DNA from: Hormiphora californensis
Lineage: Eukaryota; Animalia; Ctenophora
Length of the DNA stretch: 64,000 bases
NCBI GenBank assembly: GCA_020137815.1
Contig: CM035355.1
Span: 7,936,001 to 8,000,000, forward strand
Reading direction: 5' to 3'
A model generated the notes under the pieces. That model saw nothing but the letters and a program-made list of their open reading frames with translations, searched no databases and was not told the DNA's origin. Below, piece by piece: positions 1 through 13,071 of this stretch (positions are counted from its first letter, which is position 1; each line of letters opens with the position of its first letter). Both the position numbers and the translations under genes were made by a program.

Positions 1-27
1 TTGCTCGGTTCTCAAAACAAAATTGAT

Positions 28-135
<108 letters not shown>

Positions 136-238
136 ACCTACCTACCTAAAGGCCTTGCCAGCGCAGTATATATATATATATATATACATACATATTATGA
201 GCACTCCCATTTAAACCGTTATTACTATTTTTATCTAG

Positions 239-328
239 CTACAATGAGAGTTACTCCTATGACGGGAAGGGTATTGGCGGATGCCGCAGTGTCGCACCCC
301 AAATTCAATCCCCTCTTCTGTAAAGCTG
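239..328 (+). CDS. Probable internal coding exon, product unknown (possibly part of the C2-domain gene)
   Basis: Pyrimidine tract + ctag acceptor, one open frame (TMRVTPMTGRVLADAAVSHPKFNPLFCKA), donor G|GTAAGT. Confidence 0.35.
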
Positions 329-1957
329 GTAAGTTTTTATGATGTATCATCACAGCACAAGTTATTTCTCTTGTGAAATGTTATCTCACACTCTTTTTCC
401 CTCTTGTAAAACCGTGATGGAAAGTTGACTTTTCACTGCATGTTCTTGACAATTTCTGTAATTTTGATAATGTAATGATTCCCCAGTTTGACTAAACTAT
501 TTTCATATTTGCAGATCAAGATTACAGCAATAATCAAATTGCTCTCACACTTAATGAAACGAAAAAAACCCGGGGAATTGGAATTTTGGGCCCCCGCACT
601 ACTCTCCCGGACTACCCTTTTTTATATGCCCCTGCCCATAAACCAGCCGACGTCGGGAAGGGAGAAAACGCGCTTGAATTTGTGTTAGTTAACTACTGGG
701 TTTACCCGGTTTCCAACCCACTTTCATGCTTTTAATCAAAGCTGCTACTTTACAATTACTACTGCATGTAAAAAACCACACGGATCCATAGAAAGATCAT
801 CGTGCAGCAAAAAAGGGTTTTGGGTTAAAAATTACGGGAATCCGTTTTTTGACTTATTTTAAATTTTTAAAAACATTTTCATTCATTTTGTTTCAGTCGG
901 TTAAAAAGGTTTTTCGGAACCGTAAAAAATTTTTGATCGGCTGAAGAAATCTTTTTGGGCATGTAAGTCCCAAAAAGCAAACAAAATTAGTCGGCGACCA
1001 CTTTTGTATTCAAACTGCACTGAGAGCTCCCTCCACTCTCTATCTCTCTCCTCATACTCCCTGACTCCTGAGTTACCCCATCTATGGTATCCGTAACACG
1101 GGCTAGAAAATGGCCAATGGTATCAGACTAAACCCATCTTTTTGAAAAACAAACTTTTCCGTAAACAAATTTCTTTTCCCATAGGGAAGAAATTGGGGGT
1201 CAATTCAAAAAAAAACTAAAGAAAAGGGATTAAAAAAAACTCTCGATTTCTTCCGAAAATATGATGGGTCTGAAGACGGGGTTCTCGGGAAAAAATCCCA
1301 ATGTCGATGATGTGACGCGGAAAAACACAGCCAAACCGGAATATATACTAGCAAACCTTTCCCCCTGGGGAAATTTTTGGGAAAAATGTAAGCTGGTTGG
1401 GAACACTCATCACCACCGTTCCTTATGCCACATGGGCGAAATCCCATCCCCTTTCCATTTATTTATGACGGCCTTTGAACGTGGTACTAATCTTATCAAT
1501 CTCCCCAATCTCCTTTCTTGTTAAACCCTTGATTCTTCCCCTTCTCCTTCCTCTACCCTCCAACCCTCATGGTTTTTCTTCCCCTATCTCCCCCTTTTTA
1601 CCATTATCTTCCTTCCCCAGCTCTCTCTCACCCCCCCCCCCCCTTTTTTTTTAAAAGACCAAACATGCCCTTTTCCCCGTGCTCTATCCTCCTTTTTCTC
1701 TCCCCCGGGTTTCCCTCCCCCCAAAACCCACACCTCCCCAACCCCGGTCCCCTGAATCTTACATACATTACTCCCTACGGCGCAGCTCCGGTGGTGAGAT
1801 TATACTCCCTTCCCCCTAATGACCCCCATAAGTACCCCACAGTACCCCCCTTGGGAGTTCCAACCCCTCCCCCGTCTCTATTGCCCTCTTCTAGAAATTT
1901 TCGCCCCTCCCCCGTCCCAAGTTCACTTGTACTTTATAATACAGATATCTCCTTTAG

Positions 1958-2065
1958 ATGTGGGTAAAAGTTTATGGTCAAGATAAAGATTCACTCCGAC
2001 TGCAACTGGTGGCTGCAAAGGATGTTATCCCGAAGTGGAACCCGACTGTAACTGCTACAATCGGA
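1958..2065 (+). CDS. Possible C2-like exon in low-quality sequence
   Basis: ttag acceptor, LRLQLVAAKDVIP resembles C2 strand 1, gtaag donor; flanks are garbled. Confidence 0.3.
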
Positions 2066-2572
2066 GTAAGAGTTTGCCCCTGGGGGAAATACGGATGGCC
2101 CCGAAAAATGGGGCCCCCTTGGGAAAAAAGAAAAAGGATAATATTTTCATAAGATTATCGCCATTGTACGGTCCAAAATTCAAAAACTGATAATTTTTTT
2201 GAGAGGTTTTGGGTTTTCTGTCGATCTCAATTTTAGGGCGTATTTTCCGGGCTCTTATAAAAAAGTGTCCCCTTCCCGGTTTTGGGGCCCCCATGTTTGT
2301 CCCGTTTTTAAACTTTTTTTAAATAGTAACTAATTAGCTAATTTATTTTGGGTATGTGGGCCCGTAGTCAAACCAGTAAGCCTTGGTACTTTTCCCCTGT
2401 TAAACGGACGAAAATAGGGGGGGTTTAAAAAAACTCTCAGGCAGCTTTGAGCAGTTTATATCGTTACAATCGGAATTATTAATCGACAAACCCTTCATTT
2501 TTATGGGTTGAATTCTCCTTTTGACATTTTCGAAGTAATGATGGGCCCTTTTTACCGTTTTTATGATTAGGG

Positions 2573-2671
2573 NNNNNNNNNNNNNNNNNNNNNNNNNNNN
2601 NNNNNNNNNNNNNNNNNNNNNNNNNNNNNNNNNNNNNNNNNNNNNNNNNNNNNNNNNNNNNNNNNNNNNNN
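2573..2671. other. Assembly gap (N run), flanked by low-quality read ends (~500-4100)
   Basis: Run of n; surrounding sequence is homopolymer-inflated. Confidence 0.97.
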
Positions 2672-4140
2672 NGGGGGTTGGAAGGGAAAAAGCCGTTTGT
2701 AAAGGATTGGGAAAAAAGAAGTTTTTAAAGGATAGGGAAGAAAGAAGTTTGAAAGGAGTTTTTGGAAAAAGACTTTTTGAAAGGGTTTGGAAAAAAGACG
2801 TTTATAAAGGGTATAAAAAGAAAAAAAGTTTAAAGTTGGTTTTTTGGAAAAAGTAGAGCGGTGGTGTTTTTTTGAACGAGTGATATAAGACATGTGTAAA
2901 TAGGGAGGGCCATAGGCCTAGTCTTAAGGGAATATAGTGAGGAGCCCATTGAATAATAAAAGAATAATAACTCGGGATGAAAAAAAGGGGGGGGGTGATG
3001 TTTTTTTTTGGATAAATACTGGAAAGGAAAAACTTTTTGTGTGTGTGTGACTTGTTTCAAGTGTTAAAGGAAGGAAAAGTTCAATGCGGGAGTGGAATGA
3101 GCTCCAAAATAAAATCAGATTTTGTGTTTTAAATTGAAATCATCAAAGGGAAGTTTTTTTACCCCCCAACAAGTTAAAAAACCTATGGTAAAGTGTACCG
3201 TTAAGAGTGGGAGATAGGAGCCCCCCCTTCTTTTCGATAACCTTTCTATAATAAAATTATCTCTTAGCCCTCTCTTAGTTAGACTTCTTTATTTAAAAGT
3301 GTGACTAGACTCCTTGGGGGGTGGCTAAAACCTTTGTTTGACCATTCCGAACTTGATATACCGCAAAGCTAGTTTCACAATTGTACTGGCGATGTTTAAT
3401 ATATGTTATGATTGAGTTGTTTTCTGCCAATAGAAATTGTACTTGAATCGCTTGTTTTGTGGGGTTTCTTGACAGTTACAAAAGACATCTACACAAAAAA
3501 CAATTGAAAATACCGAACGCCCCTAAATACAGCTGTATTATTTCGTTGAAATACCGATCAAATGGATTAAAAGGAATATTTTTTCCTAAAAAATAGAGTA
3601 AAGCAAAAAAAGCGTATTATAGTCTTTAAAATTTACCTTTTTTTTTGAAGGGGGCCAGATTTATTTGATTACAACACCTTTTAATTAAATTAATATATAA
3701 CCCTCCTCGTGTGCTACGTCCCCTTTTTTCGTTTAAAAACACCAATTACACTACTTTTTTGGGCGGGGTGCTATAATTATACAGAAAACATGTTCGCCTC
3801 CCTACAAGGTACAGATCACGTTAAAGTACATGACAGAAGGTCACGTTGAAGGGTATAAACTAGGCTATAAAATACAGTAGTTTGTTAATCTTAAGTTTTT
3901 ACTAACAAAGTCTACATTTTTTTTTTGATTTTCCCTTTCTATAGGATTTGGGTTTGGCTCGACCGGAGCAAAAAAAAACCCCAGAAAACAAAACCCCCCC
4001 GTGCCGTAGGGTTCAGCTCAGTATAGAGCACAAGGATCAAGTGAGGGGTAGCCCGGGGAAAAGGACCGTTAACAAAATAACAATGGGGGCCCGTGAGAGG
4101 GATCAACTGGCCTGTAGGGGGACGTCCAAACATAGAGTTT

Positions 4141-7100
4141 GTCAAGTCGGGTATAATCGATCTGACGATTCACAAAGCTGAAAACTTAGAGAAATGCGAC
4201 TTGTTCGGCAAAGGTATGTGAATTTATATGAGAACAATTGAATTGTAGGACTGAAGGATTAAAAAGGGACCGTATTTGGTAAATCGTTCCACAAGAGTAG
4301 TAAAGGGAGTGGCCGGCCAGCTTTTCCACTGCTCTTGCCAAATGGTTCAAGACCTCCCGGGGAGTTAGGGATTTCCGGCCCTCTGTGATCTGCATGACGA
4401 TGAGAAAAGAGCAGGGTCCTAAAATCTAAATGCTCGTCAAAAGAAGGCCTCATCATGATCGGATAATCCATTAATTACTGTCAGAGCATTGGCCTGACCC
4501 TATTCTCATTTCTCTCAAATAATGAGAGCGCGCGAGAACTGTGGTCAGAGCATTGGCCTGACAGATTAGTTACGTCATCAAAAGTGAACAACTGAACAAC
4601 TGAATGGGGTATAGACTGGACGTGATCTTACTCTTTTTGACGAGAGTGTAGTAAGCAGTTCAATAACTAATCAGACCTATTTTAGAGGAGTAGAAACGGT
4701 AAGGGGCGGTGCGGCTAGAATAGAATACACCAGATATCCCGGTAAACATTTAAATACTTTATAGCATAGCAGCAGTGTAGTTGTGAGTGGTATTATGCAA
4801 AGGAGGGTCGACCAGGAGTGCTGCACGATGTACTGGAACAATAGGGGGCAGGGAGGGCCTATAAGAACAATCATATCATACACAGACACATAGCACAGGC
4901 ATTTTGGCTATGATATACCATTACTATAACCACTTTCAATGTTCTCTCTATCATTCTGTCTCTCTATCTCTCATAGTCATTCTGTCTCCCATTCTGTCTC
5001 TTTTAGCATCCTCTATTAAAATATTACCTTACTCTCGGTTTTTAAGAAACGCTTTAGTAAGAAACTTTTTTGTAAGAAACTAAATCACCTGTCAGGCCAA
5101 TGCTCTGACCACAGTTCTTGCGGGCTCTGCAGAACCTTCTTTGAAAGAAATTAGAATAGGGTCAGGCCAATACTCTGACAGTGACACAATTCAGAGACAC
5201 CCCAACAAAATTATAAACCCCTAACTTATTTAGTTTCTTAATAGCCGAGAAAGTTTCGTAGTTTTTGGATTCCTTAATCTTTTGGTTTCTTAGAAAAACA
5301 ACTTATTTAAAAGTTTCTTGAAATATACGAGCTTAATTAAGGAGAGAGTATGGTAGTCTCTCGTCTCAGACTTGGTGATGCCATCACAACTCAGCCCGCT
5401 TCGCGGGCTTCGTTTTCGCGCGCGAGTTGTAAGGGTGACTGTGTCACCAAGTCTCAGACGTCTTTGTATGGATCTCAAAGCAAGGTAAAATTCGTAAAAC
5501 ACGGTTTTCATACAACGTAAAACACATTGAAAAATGCCGATCGGGATCTAAACTGGAGAGTTGAAAAATTGTGTGTTAGAACCAGAGGGGAGAGAATGAG
5601 AGAATGAGAGAGTGAGATGAGGGAAAAGAAAGAAATAATAGAGGAGATGAGAAAAATAGAGGATACGATGACTAGAAAATAATAGTGGGACACCGAGGAG
5701 AGGAGATTTTAGAGAGAGACGGAAATGAGAGAGGGGAGACAGGACACGAAGAGAGATACGGAGATAGAGAGTGACGAGTGTGTGACGGGTGAGAGTGATG
5801 TGTCGAGGCCGAGTGAAGTTGATGAATGAGAGAAAGGAATGGGAGAGAGAGGAGATGACAGAGATGAGATGAGCGAGGAGACGGGAACGGAAAGAGCAGA
5901 TGCGAGAGATTGAGAGAGAGGGAGAGAGGAGAGAGTGAGAGAAGAGAGGGATCGAGAGAGAGAGAGATCGAGGAGAGATGACTGTGCGGAGGAGGGACGG
6001 AGAGAGAGAGGACCGAGAATGACGGGAGAGAGATTGAGACTATGAAGGAGAGGGATGAGAGTGAGAGAGAAGAGAGCGATGACCGGATGAGACGAGAGAG
6101 AGAGAGACCCGAACTTGAGAGAGCGGAGAGGAGAGAGAGAGAGAGAGAGAGTTAATACTAGAATCACTGGATCGGAGGCATCATGGAAAACTTCTTTTGT
6201 AGCACTTTTCTTCACCAGTGAGAACAGTGCAGAAAGTATTGTAAAAGTAATTTCAGTTACTCGTAGCCGATCATAGTTCAGTTGTTCGAACTGAAATGGG
6301 GGAGGTGGGAGGGTGGGAGGGTTGGCGGGAGGTTAGTGGTTACACGAAAAGCTGAATTTGTTGAGTAACAAGACCGTATACAGTATAGGGTGGGCGGTGG
6401 GTTTTTGTTGCCCTTGTAGCCAATTATATGTAACAGCTTTCTAACTCTTTTTGCAGGTGACCCCTATGTGGTGGTGTGTGTAAATGGTCATCGTGTGCAC
6501 AAGACTGCAGTAAAGCACAGCACCCAACAACCAACTTTCAACGAGTCAAAACAGGTAAAACTGAGAATGACAGAGAGTTTAATGAAAGACATGACAGACA
6601 TGAGGGAAGAGAAGAGCCAGAGAGGTAGAACGGAAGAAGACAGAGATCTTGCTGTATCTTGACCAAACTGTCTTACTTTCGAAGAAGATACAGAAAGGAA
6701 AACAGACAGGGAGGAGAAGACATAGAGACAGAGAGGAGAGGGAAGAGAGGGAAAGAAAGATCTATCTCTACTACTACCCATAAACCATATGCTATTTATG
6801 TTTGTTGGCAAATAATCAATGTCGCTAACCATCAGTAACAAAAGCATCATAGTACAGGCCTGTTTTAACTGTACTAGTAGTAATAGTATGTAGTTATTTG
6901 TTGAGTAAGGGGGAAGAGTGTGACACTCTTCCCCCTTACTCAACAAGTAGTTATAGTACAGGCCTGTTTTAACGTATAAAGGCAACCAAATATACCGCTT
7001 GGAAACTTGTTATAGCTGGGAGACAGATCTCAGTAAAATGACAGTTCCACCACCCACGATGTTCAGGAGCCAAATACAAGTAATACCGTACTGGGTTAAT

Positions 7101-7310
7101 AAATGAATCCTTTATGAATGGCAAGGGGAATAAAATATGTCCACTTCTTTACTTTATATAGCTGATCTTAATCTGTCATAGGCAGTACAAGATTAATATG
7201 ATATCTTATTGTGCAATCAATCTACGAGGCCCCATCGTATTATACCATACCGATATGTATGAGACAAATTCGACCACCAAACAATCAAATCAGAAAGAGA
7301 AGAGAAGAGA

Positions 7311-7343
<33 letters not shown>

Positions 7344-7550
7344 AGAGAGAGAGAGAGACGAGGACGGAGAGAGAGGAGATACCTGCAGATGAGAGAGAGA
7401 GAGAGAGAGAGCATAGAAGAAGATTTGCTCTTAGAATGATGCATCATTTGTTGAACTACTGAGAGTTTCAAATGGTTTAGAGAGGTAGTAGTTATATAGT
7501 ATCACCCATGTCACTTCACTTCTTCTTCTCTCTCCCACTCTCTCTCTCTC

Positions 7551-7611
<61 letters not shown>

Positions 7612-7815
7612 ATATCTCTCTCGTCTACTGTTTCCCCTCTCGTCTCTCTTCTACTCTCTTGCTTCTCTCATATCTCTCTCGGTCTCTCTTTGTCTCTTAT
7701 CTCTCTCGCTCTCTCTCTCTTCTCTCCTCTCCTTCTCTCTCTCTCTCTCTCTATTCTGTCTCCTCCTCTCTTTCTCTCTCACTCTCTCCCTCTCTCTTTC
7801 TCTCTCTCTCTCCTA

Positions 7816-7859
<44 letters not shown>

Positions 7860-10492
7860 AATTCCTCACTCGACTTCTCTCTCGCAGGTGCTCAGTACAC
7901 CATATAGTTCAACACTAAAGTTTTAAGATTTCAGTTATAGATCGTGAAGAGGAGGCAGCAAAAACTATGGAAGGGATTTGGGCGGTTCTAGATCCATACA
8001 TCCTGGGGAGTAGGACGGGCTGAGGACAGTGCATCACGATCACATCGACAGGACAGTTCTGCGCTTGTGTGACCGACACGGGACTTATCGTTTGTAAGAA
8101 GACGTGAAGCCTTCGCACAGTGTCAAAATTTAAACATGCAGGGTAATAACCGGATGAGATAGACTTAATTTCAGCACCTACCCCCATTAATTCGAGGACG
8201 CTGATCATTTTCGTGCCCTCCCCTCATCAGAATGTCTGCTCCCGGCAATTTCTCGCATTGGCTCGGTAATTCGGTCGGTAACAAAACAGGTGGTTGCCGA
8301 ACCAGTTGTTCAGATGAGTCAATGGAGGTCGCCGACAAACTACCGCGCAAAGGCCGCATGGCTCGTGCAAACCACCTGTTGTTACCGCAACCAATCGAGC
8401 CAATGCGGAAAGTTCTTAAACAAGGGGGTAAATGGGAAAGTTTTTTGAGATAAGGGGTCAAAGTGGGAAGTTTCTTGAGATAAAGGGTCAAGTGGGAAAG
8501 TTTCTTAGAGATAAGGAGGTCAAAATAGGAAAATTTTTTAAATTAGGAGGGCAAAGTGGAAAAATTTCTTAGAGATAAGGGTCAAAAGGAAAAATTTTTG
8601 AGATTGGAGGGCAAAAGTGGGAAAATTTCTTAGGAACGGAGGTCAAAATGGGGGTTTTTATATGATTAGGGGGTCAAAGTGGGGAAAAATTTCTCAAGGG
8701 TAAAAGGGCAAAAATGGAAAAGTTTTTTTTTAGTAAGGAGGTCAAGGGGAAAATTTCTTTGGATAAGGGGTCAAAAGGGAAAGTTTTTTTAGGATAGATC
8801 AAGTTTGAAAAGTTTTTTAGAGATAAGGAGTCAATGGGAAATTCTTAGAGATAGGGGGGGTAAAAGGGGAATGTTTCTTAGAGTAAGGGGTCAAAATGGG
8901 AAAGTTTTTTTAGAGATAAGGGGCAAAAGGGAAAGTTTTCTTAAAGATAGGGGGTCAAGGGAAAAGTTTTTTAGAGATAAGGAGGGGCAAAGGGGAAAGT
9001 TTCTTAGAGATAAAACTCAAAATGGGGAATTTTTTAAATTGGAGGTCAAAAGGGGGAAAATTTTTTAAGATAAGGAGGTCAAAGTGGGAAAGTTTCTTAG
9101 AGATAAGGAGGTCAAAGTGGGAAAGTTTCTTAGAGATAAGGAGGTCAAAGTGGGAAAGTTTCTAAGAGATTAGGAGGTTAAAATGGGGTAGTTTCTTAGA
9201 GATAAGGAGGTCAAAATGGGAAAGTGTCTTAGAGATAAGAAGGTCAAAGTGGGAAAGTTTCTTAGAGATTACGAGGTCAAAGTGGGAAAGTTTCTTAGAG
9301 ATAAGGAGGTCAAAGTGGGAAACTTTCTTAGAGATAAGGAGGTCAAAGTGGGAAACTTTCTTAGAGATAAGGAGGTCAAAGTGGGAAAGTTTCTTAGAGA
9401 TGAGGAGGTCAAAATGGGAAAGTTTCTTAGAGACAAGGAGGTCAAAGTGGGAAAGTTTCTTAGAGATAAGGAGGTCAAAGTGGGAAAGTTTCTTAGAGAT
9501 AAGGAGGTCAAAATGGGAAAGTTTCTTTGAGATAAGGAGGTCAAAGTGGGAAACTTTCTTAGAGATAAGGAGGTCAAAATGGGAAAGTTTCTTTGAGATA
9601 AGGAGGTCAAAGTGGGAAAGTTTCTTAGAGATAAGGCGGCCAAAGTGTGAATGTTTCTTAGAGATAAGGAGGTCAAAATGGGAGAGTTTCTTAGAGATAA
9701 GGCGGTCAAAGTGTGAATGTTTCTTAGAGATAAGGAGGTCAAAGTGGGAAAGTTTCTTAGAGATAAGGAGGTCAAAATGGGAAAGTTTCTTAGAGATAAG
9801 GAGGTCAAAGTGGGAAAGTTTCTTAGAGATAAGGAGGTCAAAGGGGGAAAGTTTCTTAGAGATTAGCAGGTCAAAGTGGGAAAGTTTCTTAGAGATAAGG
9901 AGGTCAAAGTTGGACAGTTTCTTAGAGATATAAGCCTGTCAAAACGTGTTTCGACCTAGAACTCACTAGAGGCAAGCCAATTCCGGTTGTACAAGTATAA
10001 GAGACTTAATTCTGGCACCTACCAACGCTAATGCGAGGACGCTGAACACTTTGGTGCCCTTAATTTTGTCTCTACTCCTTTCCTAAGGGTAGATACAGCG
10101 TTTTTCTCCTTATGCTCAATTACCAATCAATTAGGGGCTAATTATACACCTTCCCCCAAATAATTGAGACTGACATTTTGGTTTTTTATGTTCAGGAGGC
10201 CCATACCTAGGATGTACAATATTTATTCCAGAATATTCAGGCTTGAACAAGATACAAAACACCCCACCTATAACACAAGTCTAACATTGTACAATGTACA
10301 TACGTTACATTGTACATTGTACATTCTCACAACTATCGCCGTTTTTATGCCACACCTTTTCAGTGTTTTGTATTGGACGTGACCAAGTCTAAGATGGTGC
10401 TAGCGGTGTATGATGAGGATAAGTTTGGAGCTGACACCTACCTGGGTGAGGTTCATATAAATCTGGTGCGACTCAAGAACACGTTCTTCGAG
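4141..10492 (+). CDS. C2-domain (Ca2+/phospholipid-binding) protein, partial; extended-synaptotagmin/tricalbin/copine-like C2
   Basis: Three phase-compatible GT-AG exons: ~4141-4213 (SGIIDLTIHKAENLEKCDLFGK), 6457-6554 (G-DPYVVVCVNGHRVHKTAVKHSTQQPTFNESKQ), 10364-10492 (CFVLDVTKSKMVLAVYDEDKFGADTYLGEVHINL). Together they form one complete C2 domain with the Ca-binding Asp residues. Gene ends not resolved. Confidence 0.85.
4478..4564. mobile_element. Miniature element, CTGTCAG...CTGACAG family, 8-bp TSD
   Basis: 7-bp TIR; flanks attaatta (4470-4477) / attagtta (4565-4572); inverted sister copy at 5089-5181. Confidence 0.6.
5089..5181. mobile_element. Second copy of the CTGTCAG mini-element, inverted orientation
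   Basis: Reverse-complement match to 4478-4564; TSD not recognisable. Confidence 0.55.
7295..7860. repeat. (AG)n and (CT)n microsatellite tracts
   Basis: Direct observation. Confidence 0.9.
8410..9930. repeat. 33-bp minisatellite (AGGTCAAAGTGGGAAAGTTTCTTAGAGATAAGG), intronic in the C2 gene
   Basis: About 26 clean units at 9069-9930 and garbled units at 8410-9068; it explains the repetitive ORFs in three frames. Confidence 0.95.
9931..10215. mobile_element. Internally deleted fragment of the 37531-38866 foldback family
   Basis: Shares taagcctgtcaaaacgtgtttc... and the right-arm sequence; another fragment lies at 8147-8220. Confidence 0.8.
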
Positions 10493-10920
10493 GTATGTAT
10501 ATTGTACACAGGTGACTACATTGTAGGATTTTATTATGCCTATAAGTTGTACCTGAAAACTTATAACACGAGACCGAAGGTCGAGTGTTATAAGTGCAAC
10601 AATAATGATCCGAGACCATAGGTCGAGGCAGATTCTTGTACTTTAGTGCACGAGCCTGCGAGTGCCACTAAGTGTAACTACCTCACGAGCCTGCGAGTGA
10701 TGTAGTTTTACTTTTTGACCGAGCCTGCGAGGTCTAAAAGTGTAAGAATCTGGGACATTATTGTTTACGTCAGGTACAACAAAAATAGGCATAATAAAAT
10801 TGCATTGTAAAATTTTGAAAACAAGAGTGAGAGACACTTAGAGGGCGTAACAACGAATTCATGATTTAAGGTAGCAGGCAGAGATATCAGTATAAGATAA
10901 GATAACGCCTGAGATATATA

Positions 10921-11244
10921 GGGGGGGGGTGACACGTAACACTTTGTAACACTTTGTAACATGTAACGTGCACAAAATATTTTCTGCACATGTTACAAAG
11001 TGTTACAAGCGTTACAAAGTGTTACAAAGTGTTACAAAGTGTTACAAAATGTTGCAAAATGTTGCAAAATGTTGCAAAAAATGCCCATTTTGTAACATTT
11101 TGTAACACTTTGTAACATTTTGTAACACTTTGTAACATTTTGTAACACTTTGTAACACTTTGTAACACTTTGTAACATGTAACGTGCACAAAGAGTTTTC
11201 TGCACATGTTACAAAGTGTTACAAAGTGTTACGTGTCACCCCCC
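10921..11244. mobile_element. MITE with GGGGGGGTGACACGTAAC TIRs and internal 10-bp (TTTGTAACAC) arrays in both orientations
   Basis: Terminal inverted repeats; inserted in a TATATA context. Confidence 0.8.
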
Positions 11245-11466
11245 CCTATATAATAGGTAAAGAGAGTGAGAGATTAGTGAGAGTGAGAGAGATAAAGAAT
11301 GTGTGGGTCCGGGAGTTCGTAACAGTTATCTTGATCTTGATGGTGCAACGGCGTGTGAGTGTGACATAAAGAAAGCGAGAGAGAGAGAGAGAGAGAGAGA
11401 GTTCGTACACGCTTATGTGTGACAGAAACAGTGGAGTGAGGAGTTCTAAGTGCAGCGGTGTTATAG

Positions 11467-11584
11467 CACTGCTTGTACAACTTATAACACTGCCCGGTGT
11501 TATAAGTGAAAACTTATAACACTGGGGTGTGTTATAAGTGAAAACTTATAACACTGGGCAGTGTTATAAGTTGTACAAGCAGTG
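11467..11584. mobile_element. Small CACTG...CAGTG hairpin MITE
   Basis: About 29-bp TIR cactgcttgtacaacttataacactgccc / gggcagtgttataagttgtacaagcagtg. Confidence 0.6.
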
Positions 11585-11739
11585 ATACCTAAAGATTTAC
11601 AGTATGTACCAAAATGTTACAATGTACATTGTACAATGTAGTCACCTGTGACCTGTGTAGAATAGTTGTACACGTGTGACTTTGTTAACTGTTAGTTGCA
11701 ACTAGTTGTGTGAGTTTGTATAATTACCTCACATACATA

Positions 11740-12012
11740 TAGTCGAATTTTTTAATCAAGGGACAGGGGGCCGCACGTTTACAAAAGTCTTTTTGTGCGT
11801 GCTAAACGTTTTCGCTCATATCTCCTGTTCCTGAAAAGATAAAGACTTGATCTTGGTTGCGTTGAAAAGGTCTTAAAATTGTCTTTCCAACGCTGTTGGG
11901 TTGAAGTCTTAAGATTGCCAGGAACTTGATTTCGATTATCACGCGCAAATACAACGCCGTGCGACCTCTCTGAATGCGCAGCCCCCTGTCCCTTGATTAA
12001 AAAATTCGACTA
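11740..12012. mobile_element. MITE with TAGTCGAATTTTTTAATCAAGGGACAGGGGG TIRs, TA flanks
   Basis: About 31-bp perfect TIR; related copy at ~40020-40547. Confidence 0.85.
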
Positions 12013-12080
12013 TACTGGGTGGTAATACTGTTCTTCGTGCGGGGTGGTAAAAAAAATTGAACATTATGATGATGCATCGT

Positions 12081-12169
12081 ATGTCTGAATATGTCTGAAT
12101 ATGTCTGAATATGTCTGAATATGTCTGAATATGTCTGAATATGTCTGAATATGTCTAAATATGTCTGAA
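12081..12169. repeat. 10-bp tandem repeat ATGTCTGAAT
   Basis: About 9 units. Confidence 0.95.
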
Positions 12170-12544
12170 CATTGGGATTCAATGGTCGTGTTAATATTGA
12201 TTGAGGTTTATCTGTAGCTGACTTTGCCAGACCCCAATTTGATACTCAGTAAGCTCAGATCGGGTCGGCGCCGCCAGACAGAAGTTGAGGTAGCGTGGCC
12301 TGGTAACTCTGAATTCCACGTTACCAACAGGAATCTTCAGGGCTGTTGAAATTAGTGTTTCCTATGTAAATTCGTCCATTCGCCCAATGAGAGATACTGG
12401 TAGTGGTGGGAGCTAATTAGCAGTTTACCAAGCTTGTTCCATGGTGGTGGTAACTCAATTAGACCAATACCTCCCGATGTGTGTGTTTCCGCCGTCTGAA
12501 GTGAAAATGAAAGTAGCACGCTGGTAAAGCGAAATATGGCTGCA

Positions 12545-12693
12545 ATGAAAGTGAAACGTGTTTGAATTGTGAAAGTGAAACTAGTTCGAATGAAAGTGAA
12601 ACTTGCTTGAATTGTGAAAGTGAAACTAATTTGAATGAAAGTGAAACTTGCTTGAATTGTGAAAGTGAAACTAATTTGAATGAAAGTGAAACT
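12545..12693. repeat. TGAAAGTGAAAC-based tandem repeat
   Basis: Motif recurs here and dispersed at 14430-14520, 15165-15320 and 16307. Confidence 0.8.
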
Positions 12694-13071
12694 ACTACTA
12701 ACAATATTTCAGTTCAAAGCGATACCGCTATCGAAACCAGAAAAGGGTAACGCCAAGGGGAACCTCTTCATCTCTCTATCCTTCAGGGCCATGCCGATTA
12801 TCACCGTACATCCCCCGAAAACTGTGGAACAGTAAAACACAAACATTTCAAGTATTTAATAAAACTCTGTGTGACCTCAACAATATGTTAGCAAAATATT
12901 AAATAATAAGTTTTAACCTTCTCACACACCATTTAACTAAACAAACATTGTCATTGTGATGATAACTCTCCATTGCTCCTTCATAAATTTATTCATCATT
13001 ACTCCTTCATTTAATAACACACTCTGTGAGTCCCTAAACAACCGACAATTCCTTCATACGATCCCACTTAT

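Noticed and set aside
5709-6215. 168-aa Ser/Leu-rich ORF
   Set aside because: Translation of a degenerate (AG)n tract.
9069-9930. CRISPR-like array or repetitive protein ORFs
   Set aside because: 33-bp units are contiguous with no unique spacers; eukaryotic intron context; no cas genes. The same applies to the 34-bp array at 45503-45797.
12788-12863. Possible terminal exon of the C2 gene (AMPIITVHPPKTVEQ* then AATAAA)
   Set aside because: Its phase does not join directly to the 10492 donor and no linking exon was found; unsupported.
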